Source: Catajapyx aquilonaris (Eukaryota). From it: a stretch of 64,000 nucleotides of DNA. Shown here piece after piece: positions 28,013-41,300 of this stretch (its first letter is position 1; each line of letters opens with the position of its first letter). The stretch spans positions 124,001-188,000 of the forward strand of contig KZ538019.1 of assembly GCA_000934665.2 (NCBI GenBank). Reading direction: 5' to 3'. The position numbers and the translations under genes were made by a program. Under the pieces are notes generated by a model. The model made no database searches. It was given only the letters and a program-made list of their open reading frames with translations, and had not been told where the DNA came from.

Positions 28013-31000
28013 GTACTACTTCCCTAATAATAGATATTTGCATTGATACATTGAGCAATATTATTAAAAGTCTCAATGGCGGATCGTGGGAGGTGGGCCC
28101 TGCATCTGATTAGATAATCTTTTCCAATTAGCGAAATGTGCTGGAAATGGTGTGGAAAGGAAATCGCGTGCCGGTAATCACGGGTCTGGGGGTCTGGGTA
28201 CTAGAATTCGAACCTCAAAATAGATCAAAGTTGCTGACGTGTGTCGCTGATTGGAGCCAAAGAAACCAAGCAAGGGAGGAAACGTATTTCGACGAAGAGC
28301 TCGACTTACAGCGGGCAATAATTAGTGGCTTCATTACGGGCAGGTCCTGCACCTTTTCCTCATGCCGGGAAAGTTCCGCTTCTTTTAAAAAAAGAAGTTT
28401 CTCGAAATTCTGCCAGTTCCCGTTCCCAATCATAATCTCATCTTATCTGACATGATTAGCTTGTGATGAGAAAACAGGCAATGGCGACCGCACCCTGTGA
28501 TGAGTTGATGTTAGTAGAAAATTAGTTCAAGGGTATAAGGTATCCATATTATTATTAGCGTCCTTTATTTGTGCCATCCTCTGCATTTTTTGAGAAGCAA
28601 AAGCCATGAGTGAAACCAAGAAGTTGGTATGAGGAACAGTTTCTGAGGCGCAACTGCCGTAATTACGGCCATAATTAGAACGCCTAATATGATTTGAACA
28701 GAAAGTTTTCTGCGGATAGAAGAAAACTCGTTAGTGAGTTAAAAAGCTGGACATGTTTTTCACTACTTCCGTTGAGGCCAAATGACACGTTTGGCTTCAG
28801 GAGACAGTCGTACCGGTGCACTGCAATTACCTAAATGCACGCATCAACATGCCTGTACCTAAAGGTACTTCATTCGAATTAAGCAGCACCCTGCGTGTCA
28901 TGCGCTCATTACATACCGCGTCGCACTTGGCAGCAGACGTGTGCCATATGACCAAATGTTGGTCGCATTTGTGTCACCTGCCGACAGTGAAAGTGAGGTA
29001 CAGTGTGTTACGATAACCATATTAAAAGTCAATTTCAAATCCGCAACAAGTTTCGTGTCTCTCAGATTTCGAGGTCTGTATGGCAAAACCAGTTGTTCGT
29101 GACGTGTTCCGTGTGCAAATGTATTCAAACAAGGTTTGAACAGAAGCTGAGTTTCTACAGCAGATTTGCGTTGCCTTTATGGAACAACTTGGGGAGCAGT
29201 TATTACGAATAGTGACACAGGATTTTGTAACTGTGTGTTAGCTCTTGTAATTAAAACTTGCCCGGGGGCTTAGACCCTTATAATCTGACGTAGAAAAGTG
29301 TCGTGCTGTCCACCTCCACAGATGACAGTTCAAAAGTACCGCCCACGCAAAGGATTACTGACACATCACAAAGACCGCAGCTTATTAAACGGTAACTATC
29401 CCAAATAATAACTTTTACGCCCACCTCTTAACGCCGCCTTAGCCCAAGGAAATGTCAATATTTATCGAATTAAACGGTTCATTACAGATTCAAAACAACC
29501 TGTTTTATGGTTACGTCTGACCCGATTCGCTGTGGTATCAGGTGTAGGGAATTGGCCCGGAGGTTTAACCAACCGTGGCGTAATTGATCAAACTATCCAC
29601 GTTTGAGAGAAGCAAAGCTCAATTAGAACCGAGGGAAAACTACGGACTAATTCTATTTCGTAATTATTCGAGGGGTACGTTGCGGTTGTTATATAGCTTT
29701 TGGACGACCGAATTACACGGATCATGCCTGTTTAACATACTTTGAGCAATACACCGTGTAGATCTAGAAAGTGAATCCAGAGTCACTATAGGACGTAAAC
29801 AGTGGACTATAGTCGAAGCATGTGTATTTCACAAATGTACTGGCCACACAATAAGTCACAATGTGCGATAAATGATATGAAGGTTTTTGCAGACAGCATC
29901 GGCGGATGTCTCTCCCTGCGAATAAATCAATCACACGGTGAAATAGGTTCAATTATTTCCAGCGTCGGCTGCAGGGTGTGTCACTTCACCTGTCGTTGCC
30001 GTTAATGTTACAGGGTATCGATTGCATTAACATTCCCTCACTTTTTTTGCATTTGAATTTTGCATATCTGTACGTGTCCAGCCTTTTTCAGTGGCTGGGA
30101 TTAAAATTTGGGTCAAAGTTTGTTCTGCTCCAAAATAGGAATTTTTGGGCAAGAAAAAAATATATGCGGCTGCTTTCACTTGTGCATGCAACTGACGTTT
30201 GGAATTACTTTGCCTTGCCCGGCACAATTTCATTAAGTAATTTCACTGCCTTATCGAGTTCGCTTATGAAAGTGTTTCGTAATACTGGAAAACCTCTAGG
30301 GTGTAGTTTAATGCGCAATCTGCATACACTGAAAATTAAAAGTGCATAAAAAATTCACTTAGGTGAATTTTGAACGGGTAAAAATGAAACTGTTTTATGT
30401 AGTAACAACTTGAATGAATATACGTACAGTATTTATGCATTTGCATGAATCAAACTTTACTTGATTTATGCACTTTTCTGCATAAACACTTGTCCAAAGA
30501 TTTATCATTACAGAAGATTGTGTATATACATTTTCATTTTCAATGGATGCTCTATCCGGCAACTTTTTCAACTCATACCATATATGATGCCTCAAGATGC
30601 GTGCACCATTGATTCCTCAAAAGAAAAAATATCTATTCCGAATTCCGTGAAACTGCAAACTTTAGTAAATCCCAAGTCTATCTTTGGAATTTCATCGCTT
30701 TCCCCTTTGCGACAGCTATAAATCGCGATTCACTCTCCGGTACTAGCGGCATATGCGCGAGTTGGTGCAATAAATCCAACCGGATGAAAGAGAGGAATCG
30801 GGTCGAATAAAAAAAAACACTTTGCTGTCATTGGCGGAATTGGCGGTTAATATCGGTAAATGGAGGAGGCGACAGACATTGAACCAATGAGGCCTTGCAG
30901 GATATTCATCCATGGTCTTTTTCTCTTTTCCTCGTGGGCTTTTCACATTGGGTTATTAGAAAAATGATTACTGCGATGAGGCGAAAACTATACCTCTGCC

Positions 31001-31347
31001 ATATAAAGCGGCTCTTGAATGAATTTTTAATTTGAGCCTTCGGATCGGTATTTTTATAGCGATCTACGTATAGATGATCCGCATTAAGTGTCCGCGATGT
31101 AAGGTTGTATAGTACAGTGTACTTTTTACCGGCGCATTTTTTTATCGCTCATTGGATGAGTTGCCATGGAGACATGGAAGCTCACTGCCAGTGTCTTTTG
31201 CATCGGTTTTTGGATCTGTATATGCGTGACCCTGCAATATGTGTGTGGAGTGTGGGTCACTTTTGCCACAACACAATGTACTGCAAAGTCCAAGTAGTCT
31301 ACTCATAACAAAACAAAAGCTAATTTATTATAGGAAATAAAATTGCA

Positions 31348-31407
<60 letters not shown>

Positions 31408-31431
31408 CATCATCATCATAATAATAATAAT
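31348..31431. repeat. (AAT)n/(CAT)n microsatellite
   Basis: Directly visible. Confidence 0.98.
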
Positions 31432-32358
31432 AGGGCCTAAGCATAAACACCAATAGTAATGATCATAATAGTAGCAATACATACGGCGCACTTTACAGAA
31501 TGTTAATGTAAGCGTTTTTAGTGTAATATTTTTAAAAACTGATGGTGCTGCACATTAATATTCGGCCATAGTGTCCGAATGAGAAAGGCTATGAAATATT
31601 GCTATAGGTAAGCGTTGTCTTGGCAAGGGGCCAATGTCGGACGTGCACGCCAATTTATCATCACAGCAAAGTAGATTAGAAAGTTAAGACGTAAAGTACT
31701 GTTCACACCCATTCTGACAGTATACTACTTACAGCAGCACTTTTAGCTTCGCATGTTATTTGAACGAGAGAATAACAGCTGACGAATATATGAATTTTAT
31801 CCATATTAATTATTTGCAAAAATAATTGAACCAGATTTCTCAAAGCAGATGACAAATTTTGCTTTTTAGCACTGCTAATTAGGCTACATAATTATGTACT
31901 TCATGGGCTTCAATTCATGTTAACGATTATTATCAAACATTCAGGCAAAGTAATGTATTTTTAATGTGCAGCGTGTGCTCTTTCTTGTTTCAGGTTTTGC
32001 ATCATAACAATTTTCATTCAGGAAAATTTCATTGAAAGAGGCAGCAATTGGAGACAATAAAACAACTCCGAACAAAACAAACTGTAGGAAATAATTATTT
32101 TGCATTTGATGTTGCCATTACCTGCGCCAGTTCAGTTCTGCATTGGGCAGGATGTTTAAAAAAATGCGAAACGATAATTTTGCGGCGCTGGTGATGATAA
32201 CAGCATTATTTTTTTCATTTTAGAATGGTCTAGAAAAATAATTTGCAGGCAGAAGCAGGGCCGGAATACAGTACATTTACATTGTGTGCTGGTATAGGGC
32301 TTATTTCAAATGGCAATGACGTATAACATTAACAGCAACTTGCACCCACTTACTAATT

Positions 32359-33200
32359 GAAGGGTTCTCTGCAATAAGTATAGGTAAGTGACAATAATTA
32401 TTCGTTTTGAGAAAAACGCACTTGAGGTAGTGCTATTATGTCTTAGTCAATTGAAGCAAATATTATACGATCCAGCAAATACACGTTAACATGTTACCTA
32501 GCACACTTTATTTGGAAGAAATAAATATATTTAAAATTTCCATTTACCTTCTTGCAGAGAACCATACTTGGAGGCTCACCCGACCTCCTCATTTATTTGA
32601 TATCTCGGAGCCTAATAAGAATGCAACAATTAAACTTACCCCAGTAAAAGGTGATGAATAAGAGATTACTCGATATTACTGTAAAAATGTTCAGACTTTT
32701 CGCGTTTATTAGGCTCGTCAAGACTCAAGAGTAAGGTATTTTGACCTACGTCAAAATGACACGTAATTTTAATCGGATATTTTTTGGCTGTTATCACCGG
32801 ATTATGCGTACCTTTTAGAATTGAAAGCCACATTTTTGCTTGTATGTGGGATGCACAGGTGCTGAAATAATCGAGTTATTGTAAGCATCAAAATGGAATA
32901 GTCCCCAATTTCGACCTCTTCCTTGCTCGTGACATATGGACACTAGCGGGTATTAAAAATATGTCGCTTCCTCCTCTGACGTAGATAGGCACTACACCCA
33001 ATATTTAGTGAATCACTGAATGACAAGACTGGACATTGCCATTGCCATCCCATGATCACTGAACGTCCAAAATAATATGTCCCTTAGTTGGAACCAGGCA
33101 TCACTCATATAATGCGTTTCTGGAAATTCACCACATTTGAACTGAAACGTGCATTGGGGCTAACAATATATTTAGATATCCCCCTTGCAGAGAATACATA
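32359..33200. mobile_element. Degenerate TIR element related to the AATT-flanked family
   Basis: AATT|GAAGGGTTCTCTGCAA, with complements TTGCAGAGAA at ~32552 and ~33185. Subterminal TTTTGAGAAAAACGCA is shared with ~55284 and, reversed, ~57934. Confidence 0.5.
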
Positions 33201-34521
33201 ACAATACGAGTAGATCTGACAGTAAGTAAAGTGAAGTAAGCAGGTAGCCTATTGCACGAGTGTATAAAATATATTGCGCAGATCCTTATAAATTATAAGC
33301 CGATTCTGTACAGACTGTCGTGAATATATATTTTGTGCCATTTTTGATATATCCCTTGTTTTCTGCGAACCTGTCTCGCAGCTGATCGCTGAATGAATCT
33401 CGAGTCGTAAAACAAACACTCATGAGGGTCGACTCTCATCAATATTGTAAATATACTCTCAGGGGCAGCCGAGTTGCCTCCCAGCATCATCACGACGAAC
33501 ACAAAAGTCGAGTACCGACTTCCTCACTTCGTCGTATAGGAATTTCCGAGCATTGCAACGCTCTATGCAGGCGATGGAGGTGTAAAAGTATATCTTAGTA
33601 AAACAAAAACCTACTTGAAGTCCGTTAACCTTCCTCTCCCACCCTTCTCCCCAAATCATCTCAAATCTCTGGCTTTATGGTAGCAATTACAGTTTGTGCT
33701 TAAAATTAATCGTTTGCGCTTTTACGATTTCGGAGAACGACGGGGGAGAAACAAACTTTAGCAGGCATTCACCCAACCGTGTGATTTTCAAGATAAAATG
33801 GCATTTCAGTTGGTCTTGGCGACCCAGCTAATAATATTATGCTGACAACAGCACGGACAGCACAAGTGAAGTACCAGCAACTGGTCTGGTAAACATGTAC
33901 TTGAAAAAGGTGAATGAAATTAGCCTCCTTATCGCAGATGTCTGATAAGTTTATTTGGATTAACGTACGAGTAATTAACATTGTTCATGGGAATTCTGTT
34001 CTTCCGACACCTCATTCTCGTCGTATAAGGTGCCGCCAAGACACGGCCATTTCCTTCTTTCCTTTTGCGTAAGTGTTCCCTGATATGCATTATGCAGTTC
34101 AAAAGTAGACCACATGCACTGGCAATAGCGACTACTGGTGAGCTTTAAAATGTGGAAGTGATAAAGATTTGTCCTTGATTATCTCTCAAAAAAGTCCTCT
34201 ATTGTACAGTACACTACAGTATACGTATTAGTGTAGCTCCCGGTGTAGCTTACAGAACTCAAACCAAAGGATGAAACTGTTAACAACACTTGTTTACTTA
34301 TTATTTTTAAATGAAGGCCTATAGTACTTGGCAGTAGAACGTGTGTTGTACACGTAGGCCTACAATACAATTGTAGGATACATTACAATTACTGCGAATA
34401 ACAGCTGCATTGCGTAGGATTTTATTCCCAACTAAACTATGCACTGAATATTTTAAAAGGCATAACAGTATGCATCATTGTGCGTGAATTATTCACCATG
34501 GGACACCCAGCGTATAATATA

Positions 34522-35268
34522 CAGGGTGTTCCAGAGTTGACGACTCACTCTTTGAAACGCAATTACTTTCGAACGGAACAACATATTTATTTGAAGTACG
34601 TACCAAAACATCAAGGGAGGTTGCGAAAATCTTCCATGTAGGTGACAGTGCTAAGCAATGCTCAGGTCTTGCAACAAAAAAGCCCGAAGCAAGACTGTCG
34701 TTAGCAAAACGTGTCCAGTGTGTTCGACTGTATTCAGTGACAAAAAATGTTACAGAAGTGTGGCGTCAAATGGCAAACCTTTTCGGTGGACTGGCTCCTA
34801 CCTAAAAAACTGTTGCGAGGATAAACCAACGGTTTGATGAAACTGGAAGTGTCTTGGATCAAAAGAAATCCGGCAAAGGGAGAACAGTTGTGAATGCAGA
34901 AAACAAACAGCGCATCCGAGATGCACTGGAAAGTTCTCCAGCAAAAGCAAAATCAGTCCGATGCCTGTGGGTTATCTGAAGGAAAAGGTTTACCACCATC
35001 GAATGGGCTCCTTGGAGCATCTGCGTGACATAATCACACAGGAATTCAACGCGATCCCTGTTGACTTCCGTCGAAAGGTGTGCGACAACGTCGCCTTGCG
35101 ATTGCAGGCCTGCATCGACGTGGAAGGGGGGTGGTTGACCATAACATGGAGAACAGGTTTTAAGTTAGTATTTCCTTGATGTTTTGGTACGTACATTAAA
35201 TAAATATGTTATTCCGTTCGAAAGTAATTGCGTTTCAAAGAGTGAGTCGTCAACTCTGGAACACCCTG
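34522..35268 (+). mobile_element. Internally deleted Tc1/mariner-superfamily DNA transposon
   Basis: ~100-bp TIRs (CAGGGTGTTCCAGAGTTGACG...) and TA TSD. The N-terminal HTH remnant (RFDETGSVLDQKKSGKGRT, one stop) is fused near 34960 to a C-terminal remnant (LW/GYLKEKVY...RLQACIDVEGG). The catalytic core is missing. Confidence 0.92.
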
Positions 35269-37956
35269 TACAATAATTATTCTCCAGTCTAAATTATTTA
35301 AATCACATGGGGCATTGAGGCACAATTGATGTAGGAGTCAAGAGGAAATACAGTAGCCTGCATTATTATTCAGGTTGGTAAACATCGCGCAATAGGTGCA
35401 TTTTTATAGTGAATATGATGTGCGTGATATCAATGGGGTTTTTTATGCAATGAATAAAATTATGCAGAAAGGTGACAAATTTCCATTTATCTCTCTATAA
35501 TCTATATAGGCCCATCGAAAACAGATTACGGTATACGCGTAGAGCTAAAATATTACTACGCGAATCATTCCGATAAAATTATTAACCAAGGATTCAATTC
35601 ACTTACAATTGCTACGTCGTATATAGTAAATAAAATTATGCAAGCAACGAATTCCTTTATCGAATTGACGATGAGGGGCGAGGTCTAGACATTTGAAACT
35701 TTCAGCCCCGATAGCTCTGTAGATCACATGTCAGCCTCAGGATCGAGAAATGTACCCTTCTCATCCCATCTAAAATCATCAGAGGTTGGGTAGGCTAAAT
35801 GTAAAGTCCGGAGTGGGCGGGAGGAGTATAGAAGAGAAATGGAGAATGGGGGCGGTAGATGTGAGAGGAGTCTGCTGGAAGGGGTGTATTACTAATTTCC
35901 TCATTAACAGTTAATTTTGAAATTTTATTATTTGTAAGCCGTTTCCACCAAGTTTGAAAGTCCGAACAATGAATCAAAATATTTCATTCATTTTTAATTA
36001 GTGGAAATAAATAACATCCACGATACCCGTTACTTAGTCTGAGTTGTCATTAATAAGTAGTCCTACAGTACGGCATGTAAAATTATTTGCCTACAAGCAC
36101 GTAAGGTATGTTTACTACGTATATATACGTTATTCATGGGTTTTACATTTTCTGGGCTCTGTAATCCCTTTGAATGATATTACAGTCAGCTGAATATGCG
36201 GTATTTCTTTTCTACTTACACGCTCGATTGATCAATAAAAAATATCTTTCACTGCTTAGATAATTTTACATCTTTAGAGCTTTCAGTATATAGGCATACT
36301 CTTTGCTTCACAAGATGCGCCAAATAATTATATTGCAAAATATCTTTTGATACTTCTTTATGTCGCTTACATGCATATACTGCACTGTCATATAATTATG
36401 GTAAGTCCAAGAAATATTAAACTTTGTAGACCTACTTGTATTAGAAATAGGGAAAAACAACACATGCCGTCATATAGGCCTGCCGCCTGTGAAGAAACTC
36501 CAACCACTGAATTTATGGCACTTATTACGTGCTTATTGCTCTACAGAACTTCATTCCCTTTCGAATATTTTCTAACCCTCTTTTTGCAACTTTGAATGTA
36601 TTCGCGTATGCCTCTAAACACAACATAATTATTAAAGTGTAATTAATTATGCAAGCATCATATTTTCCAGTGACTCACAATGTATAGTGATCTGAGAATT
36701 TATTTTAATACTCTTGTACTAATTAATAGTAATTATCCATTACGCAGGTAGCTGTGCATTTTTTTGCCCATGCTGTGTAAGCAGCAAGGAACTGTATATC
36801 GTTTGCAGAATGAATAAATTATTAAATGTAATGTTATATACCCTATAGTGGACTAAACAGTGTTCATTCCTTTCATGCGAGAAATGCTGAGAGCTAATCG
36901 CTATAATAACTAATCCGAAGATTCGTTTAATACTTTAGCTAATACCTGTCCGTACTCGACTGTATTTGCTGCATAATGCATCAAAATACTTCCAAGCATG
37001 ATAACATACTGTAATAACATACAGAGATAATATAGTTTTTCCGCTTGACACCGTATGTGTTTGCACTCTTTGCAGTATGCAGAATGTTTTCAAACCTTTC
37101 ACTCATTTCATACTTATTATGTTCCTGGGCAGTGGACAGGAATCACTTGGTCGTTGATGATAAAATCACTCAAAAACAGTACGTGAATGTGTACCATATT
37201 CAGTAAGATATGATATCCTTGTTTGTGCGAATATATATTTGCAATCTAAGCTTCGTCTATTTAAAATTTACTCCCCGCAGTCAGATCGTTTCAAGCGCAA
37301 GCCCCCAACCTCCCATAGAAGTCCGCTAAAGAAGTTTGGAATCATCCTGTATACAGAAACAACCGGAATGGAAAAGCCAACCTCTCTTGTGTGGTCCTGG
37401 CTTTATTACCTCGGAAATAAAGTTGAGCACAATTTTGAACAAGAGATTGGTTTTTGTACAAGTTCCGCTTGTATATAGATCCTCCTTTTGGTATAACAAA
37501 ATTGCAGTCCCGAGTGTAGCTGCACAACAGGATGGCATTAATAAGTGTAATTCCCGTGCAGCGGACAGTTCTGGGGATTAAGTATCATAGGCTATACATT
37601 TAGGCATGGGTGTCGCGGGTAATCCGGAGCCACTGTTACGGATATACCTGTGATAGCCATTTGTCATAATGGTAGCCAGTTTAACTCAATGTTCGTTTCA
37701 CATTACCGCGCAATTTGTCTTCCTAATCAAATTATTGTTTGCGAAAGCCGTGTACGGTAAAATGTGCGAAGTAACTTAACTCCGGAGCGTGATTTACGAT
37801 GCTGTTTGAAAGGTCATTATTACAGTAGCACATTCTTTTAGTGCCGGCCTTATTCTGTTTTATTCTTTTCAACTCGTCCGCCCCGCCCTTTCTGCACTGG
37901 CCACATAATTCTTCCATAACACGACCTAGTATCTGCTGCCAGGAATTGTAACTCAC

Positions 37957-38319
37957 CGTCTGCAGTCTCCTTTCTGTCCGGATGGCCTGCAAGACCATGG
38001 CGTTACCAACCACGGTCATCAGGCTGAGGAGGTACAAGCCAATCCCCATGGGCACCAGAACTGACCATTCCCACTCCTCCAAGCCATCTTCCTTGTCCAC
38101 CTCCACCTTCAAGTCACAACCACCCACACCGTCTTCACCCGCACCATCATAACCACTACCATCCTCCTGGAGGCAGCTCTTATTCCAGGAGGCCCAACAG
38201 CTGACGTTCCAGCAGAGGTCTTCCAGCTCCAGATCCAGCTCGGCCAGCTGGTCATCCGTGGCCCCAGAGCCGGACCAGTTGAAGAGAGACCTGGCCAGCA
38301 AAGAGGCCGAGATCTCCAT
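37957..38319 (-). CDS. Class A aminergic GPCR (histamine H1 receptor-like), coding exon 1: N-terminus, TM1, ICL1 (121 aa)
   Basis: ATG in CAGCCATGG context. Extracellular N-terminus with sequons NWS, NVS, NKS; hydrophobic TM1 ending TVVGNAMV (GN motif); ICL1 QAIRTERRLQT. Phase-0 donor ACG|GTGAGT at 37956-37951. The ORF-track translation past this point is intron read-through. Confidence 0.93.
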
Positions 38320-41300
38320 GGCTGTATCTTGCTTGCTGCTGGGCGTTCCTCAGGGTGTCATCGGCCCAAGTCAGTCATGGTTTCGTGAGACACGAAACCC
38401 TCGAGGGAAAAACACTCTCCGGAAGAAAAGGGAATTACTATCGACGGAATCGACCACCAGGCAGCAGCTACGAAGCCAGAGGAAAAGGTCGCACACTTGG
38501 CACAAAATAAATATGCGGACAGAATGGCAAGGACGGATGCCGGTTGGTCAGGCTTGTCTATCGGTCGGGGCAACACTGGGGCTCGAGCCAGCAGCACGAA
38601 AGGGTTGCATTGGACGGGGGTTGGGCGCCGGGACTTTCGCGCACAGGCGCCTTTCCCTGAAACACTTTGCAACTTGGAGGAACCTATGTGCATGATAGTC
38701 TCTCAGTGTGTGTGGGGGCGGGAGACACACACAGCATGTGACCCCTAGGGAAACGGCTCTCTTCACCTTTGACCTTCATATCAGGAGGAATTATTTACAA
38801 GAGAGTGTGGGTGGTATTGTCTGCTTCCGATTTGCAGTACGCCTACGGGGTTTGGCTTGCGAAAATTATTTAACAGGTATTTCTGACGTCCTCTTGTGGT
38901 CGGGCTAATTGAAATTGGTAGTTGACATCGCATCGATGGGGTTAGGTGGCGTGGGTACAGAGTGGGACGTACCCTGCGTGGTGCGTAATTCCTCTCAAGT
39001 GCGTTGTACCGGTAATAACGTGTGGATGCAATTAAATATTATTGCTTTATGGCCTGCAATGAAAGTGAGGCTGCATTTCACTTGACGATAAACACGTCGC
39101 TTAAAAACAGTGCATGAGCTCCAATCTGCGAAAAACAGTTCAATAATATTCCCGACCATTTCATGAAAATTAATAATGATGGTGACAGGTTTAACGAGCT
39201 ATAATTTCAATACTCTCAACTGAAGCGGTGTAAATCGTAAAAGTTATTTTCACTCTGGACACTCGATACTTTAAAATCAAAATTTACAATAGATGTTGAC
39301 TAAGTTTAACCAACTCTATAATAATTACTGTAATAATTATAATGATAATAAATAGGGTGCGATTCCGTTTCCATTATATTGTTTCTAGAATCTAAATAAA
39401 TCCCAAAATTGATTTCTTTGGACATAATCCGCCCTTTCATTTGTTCTAGGCCTACATTAAAAATCGGAGAGTATAGAGGCAACCCATCTGTTATGCAAAC
39501 AACTCAATAACTTCCATAGCTGACATTGATTCCCCCCCCCCCCCTATCATTGCTTATATATAGACGAGGCTGGTAATGGGTTACTTTGTGAGTCTCTGTT
39601 GTAAAAGGATGAGGAGCGACTCACGCAAGTGCTGTTTTTGTTCCATCGACAACGAGGGTCAATACATTTGCATCTATCATTGGAGGCCAATGAACACCAT
39701 TGTACATTGACGGCAATGAGGGCAGGAAAAGGGCATTTGAACTGCGGAGAATATAATCCTAGGTAGTTGTTCGGAACGAGTCGTAGATATATATAGGACC
39801 CTTTCAGCTCCGGGAACAGATCTCCCGTAGAGAATAGGATCCACTCATAATAGACCCTACTGAGAGACATGGGCCGAACAAATAGGCGTGCATTAATCTT
39901 GGCGAAAAGGGGATGAGATTAGGAGGTCGCGTCCGAGTTTACACATTGTTCACTCAGATATGCACAAATGAATCAGACGCCTACCCCTCAGAACACAAGT
40001 ACCATAGATATACGAGCTTCTGTTACAGTCTATATAGTTAAATAATTGAGCGAAACCGACCATAAGAATTGATCAAAAGGTCTGTTTGAGAGATCGAGCT
40101 GGACCCAACTTCAGAAAATTCTGTTAAAGGAATGAAAAAAGTATAGCGAAGAGAAAATACAATCTGCTGGGCGAATGATGGCAACTTTAATCCTGGAGGC
40201 AAAAGTTTAGCCGTCAGAGCCTTTAAAACAGATCTTCGCATCGGAACTGAGAACTTTGGGAATAAATCAACCCATTCGTTCCTCTTTGAAACCCACTGGC
40301 ATCGTCAACCCGCCCGTATATTTGTCACGGCCTACATCAAAGGTGCAAGGCAAAGGTCTCAAGGTTGGATGCGGCGGCTGCAATATATAGAGTTCATGGG
40401 AATCCAAAGATCTGCTTTTCCTTTGGTTCTTCTTTTTATATCTCTCTTTCTTTTTTGAAATTTCGAGAAGCTTCCGTCCCACCCACATCACGACTTTGAC
40501 GCTTTAATCACAGGTTTCAGGGGACCGAATCGATTTTCAAAAGCTTGTAAACACGATACTGACAGTTACAATTTGCGCAAACTGGCAGATATGCCTGCTT
40601 TGCCGCATTTCATGCCGTTCGGGTTTTTTTTCGAAGCTGCTTTTTAAAAACAAATGTTTATCTTGCTGGTACAGTGCCTACAGAACACTGTAGCAAAACC
40701 CCCAAAAGCAGAGAGCAAAATGAATTAATTGATCTGTCGCTATAGCCATGTCCTTCAGAACAGTAATTCAAGACCAGCGGTTCGCTCAAGTTTAATGAGC
40801 GTTCAGTGAACAAAATGTAGTGTCACAGTGTTCTATTAAAATGCAGCAGGTGGAAAAACCTCGAAAGTGTAATCGATTTTTGGTGTAGAACTGAACACTG
40901 TGACTAATGCCATAAAATCCGCATCATGATCATGATTACGATGTATACTTTTGCAACAATGCATAGTAAAACCGTCGTATTATTACAAAATGTTGCTCAT
41001 ACACAACAATGCACACAGTACATATAAAAATGCGCCAATTACAAAGTGTATAATAAAGTGATTTTCGGTGCATGGCGTTAGGCATTTTTGTGTCATAATG
41101 AGCATACCAACTTTTGAGTGCAGTTTGTTTGCGATTAACTGCTCCTTTGTTGACGACTTTGAACAAGCTTGCAAGCGGCAAGACGGCCATTAATTCCTAT
41201 TATTGCCCGTTGAGATCCTCCCAAGTCCAATAACGGAGGCTCGTAATATTTACGTAATCACTCTACAATTCTCCTCGGCAGTGTACGTGATGTCAAAATA

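Noticed and set aside
3957..37956. Intron length of exactly 34,000 nt
   Set aside because: Coincidence; the intron contains an N (18025), so its true length is uncertain.
37732..37956. C-terminal part of the 195-aa ORF
   Set aside because: Read-through past the GTGAGT donor; GPCR similarity resumes only at 3956.
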